From contig JAICVS010000002.1 in NCBI GenBank assembly GCA_025935195.1, positions 7,246 to 71,245 on the forward strand: 64,000 nt of DNA, given 5' to 3'. A program made the position numbers and the translations under genes. Below are positions 18,571 to 28,336 of this stretch, piece after piece. The notes beneath the pieces are model-generated. The model saw only the letters and a list, made by a program, of their open reading frames with translations. It did no database searches and was not told where the DNA came from. Numbering within the stretch: position 1 is the stretch's first letter; each line of letters starts with the position of its first letter. Source of the stretch: Ktedonobacterales bacterium (GTDB taxonomy: Bacteria; Chloroflexota; Ktedonobacteria; Ktedonobacterales; JADMIN01).

Positions 18571-19539
18571 ATGCCCCCGGATGACTTGCCATCTTCCCCG
18601 CTCGATTCGCTCGGCCGTATCGGTGTGATCGGCGCGGGCGCCGCCGGGGCGGCGCTGGCGCGCATGCTTGCCACGCGCGGGGCTGAGGTCGTGGCCGTCG
18701 CTTCACGTGCGCCGGAGCGTGCCGCCACGCTCGCCGCCGCGCTGCCCGGTGCTGCCGCCGTGACGCCGGAGCGGCTCGTGCGCGCATGTGACCTGATATT
18801 CCTCGCCGTGCCGGACGATGCCATCGCGCCGCTCGCCGCCGCGCTGCCCTGGCGCGCGGGCCAGGGCGCTATTCATCTCAGCGGCGCGAAGGATGCCGCC
18901 GCGCTGGGAGCCGTGAGCGCCGCCGGGGCACACCCCGCCGCGCTGCATCCGCTGATGACGTTCGCGCGCGCGCCACTGGATACGCCCGTCGTGGCGCTGC
19001 TGGAGCGCGTCGCCGGCTGCACCTGGGCGCTGGAGGCGGATGACGCGGGGCTGGCCGCCGCGTTGGCACGCATCGTCGCCGTGCTGGATGGCCGCGTCGT
19101 GCGGCTCGCGGCGGGAGATCGCGTGCCGTATCACATCGCCGCTGTGCTTGCCTCGAACTACGTCGTGGCGCTGATCGGCGCCGCCGTGGCGCTGTGGGAG
19201 GGCTTCGGCGTGGGCGGCGACGAGGCGTTGCGCGCATTGCTGCCGCTGCTGCGCGGCGCGGTCGAGAATCTGAGCGGCGTAGGCCTGCCGGATGCGCTCA
19301 GCGGCCCGGTCGCGCGCGGCGACGCCGGAACTATCGCCGCGCATCTCGCCTGGCTGGATGCTCACACCGCCGATCGCGCCGGTTCGCCGGAGCTTGCGGC
19401 GCTGCGTGATGCGTACGTGGCGCTGGCGCGGCTGGCGCTGCCGCTTGGTCGGGCGAAAGGCACGCTCGACGTCGCCACCGCCGAACGGCTCGCCCGCCTG
19501 CTCGCGGCCGCTCCGCTCCCGCCCGCTGAGACCGAGTGA
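18571..19539 (+). CDS. Rossmann-like + DUF2520 domain protein
   Basis: IGAGAAG, AVPDDAI, HLSG, LHPLMTF, YH..AVLASNY, SGPVARGD. Confidence 0.88.
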   Translation: MPPDDLPSSPLDSLGRIGVIGAGAAGAALARMLATRGAEVVAVASRAPERAATLAAALPGAAAVTPERLVRACDLIFLAVPDDAIAPLAAALPWRAGQGAIHLSGAKDAAALGAVSAAGAHPAALHPLMTFARAPLDTPVVALLERVAGCTWALEADDAGLAAALARIVAVLDGRVVRLAAGDRVPYHIAAVLASNYVVALIGAAVALWEGFGVGGDEALRALLPLLRGAVENLSGVGLPDALSGPVARGDAGTIAAHLAWLDAHTADRAGSPELAALRDAYVALARLALPLGRAKGTLDVATAERLARLLAAAPLPPAETE

Positions 19540-19630
19540 CCGAATCGGATGGGCTGGTGTGAGCGTGTCCCCTCGCTCTGGTATGGAACTTGTAGAACCG
19601 GCATTATGGTGCGGGTGGCCGGGGCGGTTG

Positions 19631-19694
19631 GCGGTTGCAACCGCGCCTGGGGGCTGCGCCGCGACGTCCGGCCAAACCGGACTGGGATGCGGCG
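19631..19694. repeat. Dispersed double-hairpin repeat, copy 2
   Basis: GCGGTTGCAACCGC and GACGTCCGGCCAAACCGGAC, matching 14654-14700. Confidence 0.65.
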
Positions 19695-19764
19695 TGTCCG
19701 CCGCTCGAACGATTGTCCACTTCCTTTCTGGTCGCAAACAGTTTTCTCCGCACGGAGGCATACG

Positions 19765-21267
19765 ATGCACGGTGGCCTGCCCGCGTTCCCGCTCGTTCTC
19801 GCCGACCTCGGCTTTCCCGGCTGGCTGCGCGCCACCCACTGGATCAACGTCTTCTTCATCGGCTATCTGCTGCGCAGCGGGGTGCAGATTCTCGCCTCGT
19901 ACCCGCGCCTGTATTGGAACGACAACACGAAGCCGGGAACGGAGTGGATCAAGTTTACCAAGAAGGATCCGCCAACCGACAAGCTATGGACGACGCTCGA
20001 CCAGGAGGAGGATGTCTCGCCGGTGCTGGCGCAGCCGGGCAAATCGCACCTGGGGCTGGGTCGGCACTGGCATTTCCTCGCCGCGCTGTTCTGGATTCTC
20101 AACGGCCTCGTCTACGTCGTGCTGCTCTTCGCCAGCGGCGAGTGGCGCCGGCTCATCCCCACGAGCTGGTCCATCGTGCCGGACGCCATCCGCACCTTCG
20201 TCACCTACGCCACGTTCCACCTGCCGCCCGCCAGCGCCTTCAACCCCTACGATCCGCTGCAGCAGCTCACCTACGCCGCCGTCGTCTTCATCCTCGCGCC
20301 GTTCTTGATCGTCACCGCCGCCGCCCAGTCGCCGGCGCTTGAGGCGCAGTTCCCATGGTATCCGAAACTGTTCGGCGGGCGCCAGCGCGCGCGCAGCCTG
20401 CACTTCCTCGGGCTGCTGGCGTTCATCGCGTTCACCATCCTCCACACCGCGCTGGTCTTGATCACCGGCCCGGGACGCAACTTCGGCGATATCATCTTCG
20501 GCCAGCACGACCACGATCAGGGGTTGGCCGTCGCGCTGGGCATCGGCCTGATCGCCGTCATTCTCGCTGTGTACGCGCTGACATCCTGGACCTCGCTGCG
20601 CTGGCCGCGCCCGCTGCACAACCTGCTGGCGCTGCCCATCCGCCCGTTCTTGAAGGGCCTGACCTACGGCTCGCGCTCGCGCCAGGAATACGCGCCCGCC
20701 GAAATCTCGCCGTTCTTCCTGGTCAACGGCGCCCCGCCTGAGAGCGCGGAGTATCTCAATCTGCTCTGGCGCGACTTCGACAGCTACCGGCTGGAGGTGG
20801 ACGGCTTGGTGGAGCGTCCGCTCTGCCTCTCGCTCGACGAGCTGCATGCCATGCCACAGCAGAACCAGATCACCAAGCACAACTGCATCCAGGGCTGGAC
20901 CGGCATCGCCGAATGGTGCGGCGTGCCGCTGGGCGAGATCGTGCGGCGCTGCCGCCCACGCGCGAACGCGCGCTACATGATCTTCTGGTCGTACTCGCAC
21001 GACACGGCCGGCAAGCCCTATTACGAGTCCATTGACATCCGCCTGGCCGACCACCCACAGACCATCCTCGCCTACGAGATGAACCGCCATCCGCTGCCGA
21101 TGCCGCACGGCGCCCCGCTGCGGCTGCGTGTGGAGACACAGCTTGGCTTCAAGATGGTGAAGTGGATTCGCCGCATCGAGTTCGTCGAGAGCTATACGTC
21201 CATCCGCGACGGGCAGGGCGGCTCGCGCGAGGATGAGAAACAGTATGAGCAGTCGGCCGGCATCTGA
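19765..21267 (+). CDS. Cytochrome b membrane domain fused to a sulfite-oxidase-family molybdopterin domain (MsrPQ-like)
   Basis: His-bearing TM helices (THW, HWHF, SLHF, LHT); HNCIQGW, HGAPLRL, GFKMVKW. Confidence 0.85.
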   Translation: MHGGLPAFPLVLADLGFPGWLRATHWINVFFIGYLLRSGVQILASYPRLYWNDNTKPGTEWIKFTKKDPPTDKLWTTLDQEEDVSPVLAQPGKSHLGLGRHWHFLAALFWILNGLVYVVLLFASGEWRRLIPTSWSIVPDAIRTFVTYATFHLPPASAFNPYDPLQQLTYAAVVFILAPFLIVTAAAQSPALEAQFPWYPKLFGGRQRARSLHFLGLLAFIAFTILHTALVLITGPGRNFGDIIFGQHDHDQGLAVALGIGLIAVILAVYALTSWTSLRWPRPLHNLLALPIRPFLKGLTYGSRSRQEYAPAEISPFFLVNGAPPESAEYLNLLWRDFDSYRLEVDGLVERPLCLSLDELHAMPQQNQITKHNCIQGWTGIAEWCGVPLGEIVRRCRPRANARYMIFWSYSHDTAGKPYYESIDIRLADHPQTILAYEMNRHPLPMPHGAPLRLRVETQLGFKMVKWIRRIEFVESYTSIRDGQGGSREDEKQYEQSAGI

Positions 21268-21482
21268 TGCGCTGGCCGAACAACCTCAGCGCCATTGGTA
21301 CGGATGTTGCCGCCTCATGCGCAAGCGCACGGGCATTGAGATGTCGCCCGTTTGCGCACAGTCGCCCGCATGGTGGTGCGTATGCTCCAGCGCGCATTGC
21401 CGGGATGTTCCCGCGGGCGGCGCGGGGAGAGGAAACCAGACAGGCAGGATGCCCCGTTAGGAAGCAGAGAAGGCGCGTCTCC

Positions 21483-21845
21483 GTGGTATCTACTGTGCTT
21501 GTCGTGGACGATGATCGTGGCCTGCGCGAGACGCTGCGCGCGCTGCTGGAGCTGGAGGGCTACGAGGTGGCGCTGGCCGGCGATGGGCTGGACGCGCTGC
21601 GCGCGCTGGAGGGCCTCTCGCCGGATGCGATTCTGCTGGACCTGATGATGCCGCGCATGAACGGCGAGGAATTCGTCCAGGAGCTGAGCCGGCGCGGCCG
21701 CCGCGCCGAGTTCCCCATCATCATTCTCTCGGCGGACACGCGCGCACGCCAGACGGCCGATCAGGTCGGCGCGCGCGCCTGCCTTCCCAAGCCCTTCGAC
21801 GTGGACGATCTGCTGAACCAGCTCGAACGCGCCGTCACGCAGTGA
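21483..21845 (+). CDS. Single-domain response regulator (CheY-like)
   Basis: VLVVDDD, LLDLMMP, LSA, KPF. Confidence 0.88.
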   Translation: MVSTVLVVDDDRGLRETLRALLELEGYEVALAGDGLDALRALEGLSPDAILLDLMMPRMNGEEFVQELSRRGRRAEFPIIILSADTRARQTADQVGARACLPKPFDVDDLLNQLERAVTQ

Positions 21846-21855
21846 CGCGCGGGGA

Positions 21856-21900
21856 GAGACGAGAACGACCACACAGGACACGGAGGGACACAGAGGTCAG
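21856..21900. repeat. ACACAGAG/ACACGGAG-type short repeat element, copy 1
   Basis: Reverse complement matches 49603-49661 (…GTGTCC…GTGGTCGTTCTCGTCT). Confidence 0.65.
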
Positions 21901-22054
21901 AGGAGGGGAGGTGGAGCGGAGGTGGAGCGGATGCTGTCGCGCCTCTGGCACATCCCTTGCACCACGGTTCCGGGGAAAGAGCAGGCGCTCTCCCCCGCCA
22001 CGCGACGAGCAGGAATGCGGCGGCCGGCGCATGCATGAAAGGGATGACTTATTT

Positions 22055-22861
22055 ATGAACAGTTACGCGTCCATCCTGCCCGGCGCGCGGGTGCGCAGCC
22101 CGGACGGCTTCATCGGCACGGTCGAGCGGCTGGATTACCACTGGGCCGACTCCAGCGAACAGCCCGACCGCATGATCGTCCGCTCCGACGACGGGCGCTG
22201 GCGCTACAGCATCCCGCTGATGTTCATCAACGGCATCGCGCAGGGTGCCTTCCACCCCATCGTGGAGCTGCGGCTCAACCCTGACGAGCTGACGCATTAC
22301 ATCGTCGAGCAGGTCGAGCCGCAACAGCACGCGCAACAGCACGCGCAACAGGCGGCGCCCGCGGACAATGGGGCCACTGAGGCGGCACCCGCCGCGCCCG
22401 ATGGTGACGCGCAGTCGCCGGTGCTGCGCGTGCCGGTGGCCGTCGAGGAGCTGGTCGTTCACAAAGAACCGATCCTGCGCGGCAAGGTCCACGTCCACAA
22501 GGGCGTCGAGACGGTAGAGCAGCACGTAGACCTGCCGGTCTATCACGAGGAGGCCGTGATCGAGCGCATCCCCGCCGAAGGCTACGATGGCGCGGCCGCC
22601 AACCCGAATGAGGTGCTCATCCCGGTGCTCGAAGAGCGGCTGGTCGTGCGCAAAGAATCGGTTGTCAGCGAGTACATTCGCGTGCGCAAGGAGCTCGTGC
22701 GCGATCAGAAGCAAGTGCGCGGCCAGGTGCGGCGCGAGGTGGTGCGCTTCGACGAGGAGCGGCTGGGTGACCCTAACGCGGACACCTATCCGCTGCTGCG
22801 CGATATGCGCACATCCGCCGCCAACGACGATGAAACGGCGGCGCCCGCCGCGCGTGAATGA
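22055..22861 (+). CDS. YsnF/AvaK (DUF2382) domain protein
   Basis: VPVAVEELVVHKE, IPVLEERLVVRKE motifs. Confidence 0.8.
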   Translation: MNSYASILPGARVRSPDGFIGTVERLDYHWADSSEQPDRMIVRSDDGRWRYSIPLMFINGIAQGAFHPIVELRLNPDELTHYIVEQVEPQQHAQQHAQQAAPADNGATEAAPAAPDGDAQSPVLRVPVAVEELVVHKEPILRGKVHVHKGVETVEQHVDLPVYHEEAVIERIPAEGYDGAAANPNEVLIPVLEERLVVRKESVVSEYIRVRKELVRDQKQVRGQVRREVVRFDEERLGDPNADTYPLLRDMRTSAANDDETAAPAARE

Positions 22862-22889
22862 TCCATCGCTCACGGAGAGGAGCGGCCAC

Positions 22890-23438
22890 ATGCCCAACGA
22901 CATACCTGACACGATTGCGGGGACGTTTCCCACGCGCACGGCGGCCGATCAGGCGCTAGCCGCCCTGCGTGCCGCGGGCTTCGAAGATCAGCGCGTGCGC
23001 GCGGTGCCGCCGGAGCGTGTGCGGATGGGCGCGGAGCCGCTCAAGCTGACACGCCGCTCGCTCTGGAGTTCGGTCGCCGGCATCCTCATCGGCGCCGTCG
23101 CCGGCGCCATCATTGCCTGGATCTGTGTGCTCATCGTGCCCCCGCTCCGCGACTTCCAGGTGGCCGCGATCATCGTGGGGGCGCTGACCGGCGGCGCCAT
23201 CGGCTGGGTGCTGGGCGCCATCGCCGGCACGCGTGCCCCGGTCGAGGAGGGCGAGTATCGCCGCGAAGCCGCCGAGCATGGCGTGGGGCCGACCGTCGTC
23301 ACTGTGGACGCGCACGACCGCGTGGACGAAGCGGGACGCATTCTGATGCGCTACGGCGCCACCCTGCTCCCGGCGGGCGAGACGGAAAACGGCCGCTATG
23401 AAGCCGGACCGGACACCTCGCATGGCGCGATCGCGTAA
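22890..23438 (+). CDS. General-stress-type membrane protein with Gly-zipper helices
   Basis: GTFPTRTAADQALAALRAAGF N-terminus; GAVAG/GGAIG TM helices; GAGGAG RBS. Confidence 0.72.
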   Translation: MPNDIPDTIAGTFPTRTAADQALAALRAAGFEDQRVRAVPPERVRMGAEPLKLTRRSLWSSVAGILIGAVAGAIIAWICVLIVPPLRDFQVAAIIVGALTGGAIGWVLGAIAGTRAPVEEGEYRREAAEHGVGPTVVTVDAHDRVDEAGRILMRYGATLLPAGETENGRYEAGPDTSHGAIA

Positions 23439-23635
23439 GTCGCTCGCCCAATCGCGACGCGGATGATGTGCGCGAACGAGTACCGCTCGCCCGCGTTGCG
23501 CCCGCATGGATGCGAAATTTGTGTGCATAGTTGTTGTACAGGACTGGCACGCTCCTTGCATTTTGACACACGCCAACCATCGAATCGGCGCACGTGCGTC
23601 GAAGCGAGGGAAAGCGCTCGAAAGGAAAGCCCTAC

Positions 23636-24529
23636 ATGATGGATGACACGTACGCGAACCAGGACGTGAACGCGAACGCGGGAACGGTGGGCAGCACCTT
23701 CGCTGAGGGCACGCCGGTCTTCGACGTGAACGGCGACAAGGTGGGCTCGGTCGCGGAGAACGCCACGCAGGGCGATTATTTCGTCGTGCGCAAGGGACTG
23801 ATCTTTACGCACGACCTGTACATCCCGCTGAACGCCGTCGCGCGCAGCGACATGGACGTCGTCTACCTCAACGTCAGCAAGGATCAGATCCAGAGCCAGG
23901 GCTGGGATCAGCCGCCCGCCGCCGCGACCGGCGAGATGATGGCGCGCGACACAATGGGCACGACCGACACGACGACGGACACCACAGCCCAGATGCGCGG
24001 CCGGCGCACGGGCGCGGATGACGATGAGGCGGCGATTCCCGGCCACCCGACGCCGCCGCGCGAGGGTGATGTCGCCATGCCGGTGCGCGAGGAAGAGCTG
24101 ACCGTCAACAAGGAGCGCCGAGAGGCGGGGCGTGTCCGCCTGCGCAAAGATGTCGTCGAGGAGCGGCAGTCGCTGAACGTGCCAGTCACGCACGAGGAGG
24201 TGCGTGTCGAGCGCGTGCCGGTGGATGAGCAGCACGCCAGCGACCTCGGCCCCGACGCCTTCACCGAGAAGGACATTGATGTGCCGCTGATGGGCGAGCA
24301 GGTCGTCACCGACAAGCGCGCGCACGTCGCCGAGGAGGTGCGGTTGCGCAAGCAGGCCGTGACCGATCAGCAGCGCGTCTCCGATACCGTCAAGAAGGAG
24401 CGCGTGCGCGTCGAGGGCGAGGGCATCGCCGAGGGCGACATCCCGATTGACCAGCAGGACACCGTCACCGGCTTCGGTCCAGGCGGCAGGGATGATGAGA
24501 CACGGCCGCGCGACACACGACTCCCGTAG
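23636..24529 (+). CDS. PRC-barrel/DUF2171 + YsnF/AvaK (DUF2382) stress protein
   Basis: VFDVNGDKVGSV; MPVREEELTVNKE, VPVTHEEVRVER. Confidence 0.88.
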   Translation: MMDDTYANQDVNANAGTVGSTFAEGTPVFDVNGDKVGSVAENATQGDYFVVRKGLIFTHDLYIPLNAVARSDMDVVYLNVSKDQIQSQGWDQPPAAATGEMMARDTMGTTDTTTDTTAQMRGRRTGADDDEAAIPGHPTPPREGDVAMPVREEELTVNKERREAGRVRLRKDVVEERQSLNVPVTHEEVRVERVPVDEQHASDLGPDAFTEKDIDVPLMGEQVVTDKRAHVAEEVRLRKQAVTDQQRVSDTVKKERVRVEGEGIAEGDIPIDQQDTVTGFGPGGRDDETRPRDTRLP

Positions 24530-24740
24530 CGCGTCACGGGCGATCCGCGCCGCCGGCCGCGCATGAGCGGCCCCACGACAGATGAGCGTGGGATGGCGGC
24601 GCGACCCCCAAATCCAGACGATGTGGGAGGCACCTGCCGCGTGTGGGCGCGACGGCCTCCCACATCGTCATTCGTATCCGCCCTTCCCGTGGGTTGGGGG
24701 ATGGGCGGGCATGCGCATATCTTGGGATAGGAGGCGAACC

Positions 24741-25616
24741 ATGATTACGGCGCCGCTGCAAAACGCGGGCGATGCCCTGTTGCAGCTCTTGAACGAGGTG
24801 CTGCTGTTCCTGCCGCGATTGCTCACCTTCGCGGTGATCCTGATCGTCGGCTACATCATCGCGCGCATCGTGCGCACGCTGCTCACCAAGGGCCTGCGCG
24901 CCGTCCACTTCGACGACATCGCCAACCGCGCCGGTGTGACGCGGGCGCTGGAGCTGGCGGGGACGCGGCTGGATGCCGCCGCCGTGCTGGCCGTCGTCGT
25001 CTTCTGGTGGATCTTTCTCGTCTTCATCGAGCTGGCGGTCAATTCGCTCGGCTTGACAGAGATCAGCGCCTTCATCAACGCCGTGCTGGGCTACCTGCCC
25101 AACGTCTTCGTCGCCATCCTCATCCTGATCATCGGCTCGCTGCTGGCGAACGTCGTCGCCGGCGTGGTGCGTGGGGCGGCGGGCGAGGCCGGCCTGACCA
25201 CCGCCGGGCTGCTGGCGGATGTCGCGCGCTGGGCGATCCTGGTCTTCGCCTTCCTCGCCGCGCTGACGCAGCTCAATGTCGCGCAGAACATGGTCTTCAT
25301 CCTCTTCGCGGCCTTCGTCGGCATGATCGCGCTGGCCGGTGGGCTGGCGCTGGGCCTGGGCGGCGTGGACTCCGCCCGTTCGCTGCTCTCCGGCTGGACG
25401 CTGGGGCGCATGCTGCAACCGGGCCAGCGTGTGATGATCGGCCAGCAGCAGGGCACCGTCGTGCGTCATGACCTGAATACGACGGTGGTGGACACCGGCA
25501 CGGGGCAGGTCTCCATCCCGAACTCGGAGCTGAGCCACGAGCGCATCACCATGCTCGGCTCCGACAGCAACCCGAGCCCGCAGCTGCGGCAGCCGCGCAC
25601 GCCCACCCCGGCGTAG
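24741..25616 (+). CDS. TM-helix-repeat / CmpX-like mechanosensitive channel protein
   Basis: FLPRL and YLPNV repeats; MscS-like beta domain (IPNS); AGGAGG RBS. Confidence 0.82.
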   Translation: MITAPLQNAGDALLQLLNEVLLFLPRLLTFAVILIVGYIIARIVRTLLTKGLRAVHFDDIANRAGVTRALELAGTRLDAAAVLAVVVFWWIFLVFIELAVNSLGLTEISAFINAVLGYLPNVFVAILILIIGSLLANVVAGVVRGAAGEAGLTTAGLLADVARWAILVFAFLAALTQLNVAQNMVFILFAAFVGMIALAGGLALGLGGVDSARSLLSGWTLGRMLQPGQRVMIGQQQGTVVRHDLNTTVVDTGTGQVSIPNSELSHERITMLGSDSNPSPQLRQPRTPTPA

Positions 25617-25883
25617 CACACGCTCTGGCGCTCGTTGCGGACATATGGCGGCCGCGTCGTTTGCTTTCCCTGGCTGGAAGGCGCGACGCGGCCGCCGTCG
25701 TGTGTATGCATGGGCCGCGGCAACTGATCCCCGCGTTGCGTGGTCGGATGGATGATGGCGCCGTCCGCTCGTGGCGCCGCGCCGTGCGACCCGATACAAT
25801 GGAGTGGTGGGGCGTCGTTCCCCTATGCGCCAGGGTTGCATCACCATCTACCGACGACGATCATCCAGGGAAAGTCCTGCTCT

Positions 25884-26858
25884 ATGCCGCTCGCATCCAT
25901 GTTTCACATTCTTCAACCGTTGCACCCACTGCACGGCGTCGCGCCGGGCGCGGGGACGCCACTCTGGCTGCGCTGGAACCTCGACCCAGTGCTGTTGCTG
26001 GGCATCGCGCTCTTCGCCGCGGCGTATCTGTATGGCATCGGGCCGTACCGCCGCCGGCTTGGGCTGCCGCCGGTGAGCGGCTGGCGCGTGGCGGCCTTCG
26101 ACGCGGGAACGATTGTCTTCGCGCTGGCGCTGGTCTCGCCGCTGGACGCGATCAGCGACGACTACCTGTTCAGCGCGCACATGATCCAGCACATGCTGAT
26201 CGCGCTGGTGGCGCCGCCGCTCTGGCTGCTCGGCACGCCGGGCTGGCTGCTGGAGCCGCTCTTGCGCCGGCCGGCCGTCGCGCGCGTCGCGCGGCTGCTC
26301 ACCAACCCGCTCGTCGCCTTCGCGCTCTTCAACGGCGATCTCTGGCTCTGGCACATCCCGCCGCTCTACGACGCGACGCTGCGGAGCGAGGCGGTTCACA
26401 TCTTCGAGCACCTGACCTTCGTCGGCACGGCGGTGCTGTTCTGGTGGGCGGTACTCAGTCCGGTGCGCGCGGCGCCGCGCATCTCGCCCGGCTTCGGCGT
26501 GCTCTACCTCTTCGTCGCCTGCCAGCCGATGGTCGCGCTCGGCGCGCTGCTGACGTTTTCCAGCGCGCCGCTCTATCAACCCTATGTGAATGCGCCATCT
26601 CTCTGGGGCAGCACGCCGCTGGGCGATCAGCAGCTCGGCGGCCTGATCATGTGGCTGCCCTCCACCGCGCCCTACCTGCTCGGCGCCAGCATCCTCTTCT
26701 TCCGCTGGGTGGGCATCCAGGACCATGCCGAGCGCGCGGCCGTCGGCGAGTTCGATGAACCGCCGCCGGAGCCGGCCCCGCCAGTCGCGTCCCTGGATGC
26801 GTTGGAGCCGACACGTGAGGCGCCTGTGAGCGAGGGCGGCATGGTATCGCCACGATAG
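25884..26858 (+). CDS. ctaG: Cytochrome c oxidase assembly protein, caa3-type CtaG family
   Basis: LFSAHMIQHM, WHIP, HIFEH, DQQLGGLIMW. Confidence 0.88.
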   Translation: MPLASMFHILQPLHPLHGVAPGAGTPLWLRWNLDPVLLLGIALFAAAYLYGIGPYRRRLGLPPVSGWRVAAFDAGTIVFALALVSPLDAISDDYLFSAHMIQHMLIALVAPPLWLLGTPGWLLEPLLRRPAVARVARLLTNPLVAFALFNGDLWLWHIPPLYDATLRSEAVHIFEHLTFVGTAVLFWWAVLSPVRAAPRISPGFGVLYLFVACQPMVALGALLTFSSAPLYQPYVNAPSLWGSTPLGDQQLGGLIMWLPSTAPYLLGASILFFRWVGIQDHAERAAVGEFDEPPPEPAPPVASLDALEPTREAPVSEGGMVSPR

Positions 26859-27303
26859 CGTCGCTCTCTCCAGCCGCTTCCTCCACATGTGCCGGCTGCC
26901 CCGCCACGTCCCGCTGTCCTGATTGAGTGGGGCCACGCCTCTGGATTGGTTATGGACTGGGTTGGTCTCGGTCTACGCTACTTCCAAGATACAAAGGAGC
27001 TGGGGGAGGAGGACTCCACCTGGCCTGTGATGGAGCTGATGGAACGCGCTTTGCGGCATAGGGAGTGCGAGCGGGCTTCAGCGGAGCGAAGGATCGCGTC
27101 GGGCATTCACCTGATGCGCCCTAGGGTGCGGACCCGATTGCGGCGCACCGCGCCCATTCGCTATATTTCTCAGTGTTTGCCCGCCGGCGCGACGAAGCTG
27201 CGAGAGCGCCGCGGCCGGGCACGATCTCGATGCGTACGCTCGCAAGCGCGCCGATGAGGGCGCGCCAATCGCCCGATACAGGCATGAAAGGACCCTTGGC
27301 ATC

Positions 27304-27723
27304 ATGAAGAGACTCGCGCTGCTGATTGCGCCGTTCGCGCTCATCTCCCTGCTCGTCCTCGCCGGCTGCGGCAAAGGCGGCGGCACCAGCACACCACAAA
27401 CCAGCACGCCCGCCAACACCATCCAGATGGATTCCAACAACTTCACCGCCCACGCCATCACCGTCCCGGCGAATCAGCCGGTGACGCTGGACGACACCGT
27501 GGACGGCGGCGCCCTGCACATCCTCTGTGTTGGCACCGGCAACGGCGGCTCCAACACCTGCGACACGACGGACAAGGTCGGCGGCGCGCCCAAGGAGTTC
27601 ATCGGCCAGGGCATGCAGGTCCAGGCCGGTGACAAGAAGACGGTGACATTCACCAAGGCCGGCACGTACCACGTCATCTGCACCCTGCACGGCGGCATGT
27701 TCATTGACGTGACGGTGCAGTAG
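27304..27723 (+). CDS. Cupredoxin (plastocyanin/azurin-like) lipoprotein
   Basis: LAGC lipobox; upstream His plus C-TL-H-GG-M type 1 copper ligands. Confidence 0.85.
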   Translation: MKRLALLIAPFALISLLVLAGCGKGGGTSTPQTSTPANTIQMDSNNFTAHAITVPANQPVTLDDTVDGGALHILCVGTGNGGSNTCDTTDKVGGAPKEFIGQGMQVQAGDKKTVTFTKAGTYHVICTLHGGMFIDVTVQ

Positions 27724-27751
27724 CCGTCGCGGCATCTTCTCCATACGCTTC

Positions 27752-27781
27752 GGGACTCTCGCCACAGAGAGTCCCCTTTTC
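27752..27781 (+). terminator. Intrinsic terminator between the two cupredoxin genes
   Basis: GGGACTCTC-GCCACA-GAGAGTCCC followed by CTTTT. Confidence 0.7.
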
Positions 27782-27800
27782 CATATCAGGCGGTGTCGCC

Positions 27801-28220
27801 ATGTCGCGTCTCTCACGCGCGGCCCTGCCGTTCCGGGCGCTCACCGCCCTCACCGCGCTGGCCCTCGCGCTCGCGGCGTCCGGCTGCGGCGGCGGCGACA
27901 CGGGATCGGCCGGCCCCACTGGCACGAGCGATAGCGGCAACACGATCTTTCTGACCGGCGACAACTTCGTCCAGCACAGCATCCATATCGCGCCGGGCGC
28001 CACGCTGCGCTTCGACGATACCGGCGGCGTGGCGCACCAGATCTGCGTGGGTGAGGATATGCGCTGCGAGCCGAACGCCCGCGCGCCCCAGGCGCTCCAG
28101 GGCGCCGGCTTCGGCATCAAGCCACCGGAAATCAAGCCGGTCGTCTTCACCAACCCCGGCGTCTATCACCTGACCTGCACCATCCACCCTAACATGAACC
28201 TCGTCGTCACCGTCTCCTGA
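27801..28220 (+). CDS. Second cupredoxin lipoprotein (paralog)
   Basis: ASGC lipobox; His plus C-TI-H-PN-M ligands. Confidence 0.85.
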   Translation: MSRLSRAALPFRALTALTALALALAASGCGGGDTGSAGPTGTSDSGNTIFLTGDNFVQHSIHIAPGATLRFDDTGGVAHQICVGEDMRCEPNARAPQALQGAGFGIKPPEIKPVVFTNPGVYHLTCTIHPNMNLVVTVS

Positions 28221-28336
28221 CAGCGCGCTCCCGCACTAGTCCTGCCCAGATTGACGCGGCGCCACGCATCGCCTAGAATAGCGGCGTCCTGTCGCTTTGG
28301 GGCGAGCGGGCGCACCCTCTATGCTCTGTCTATGCT

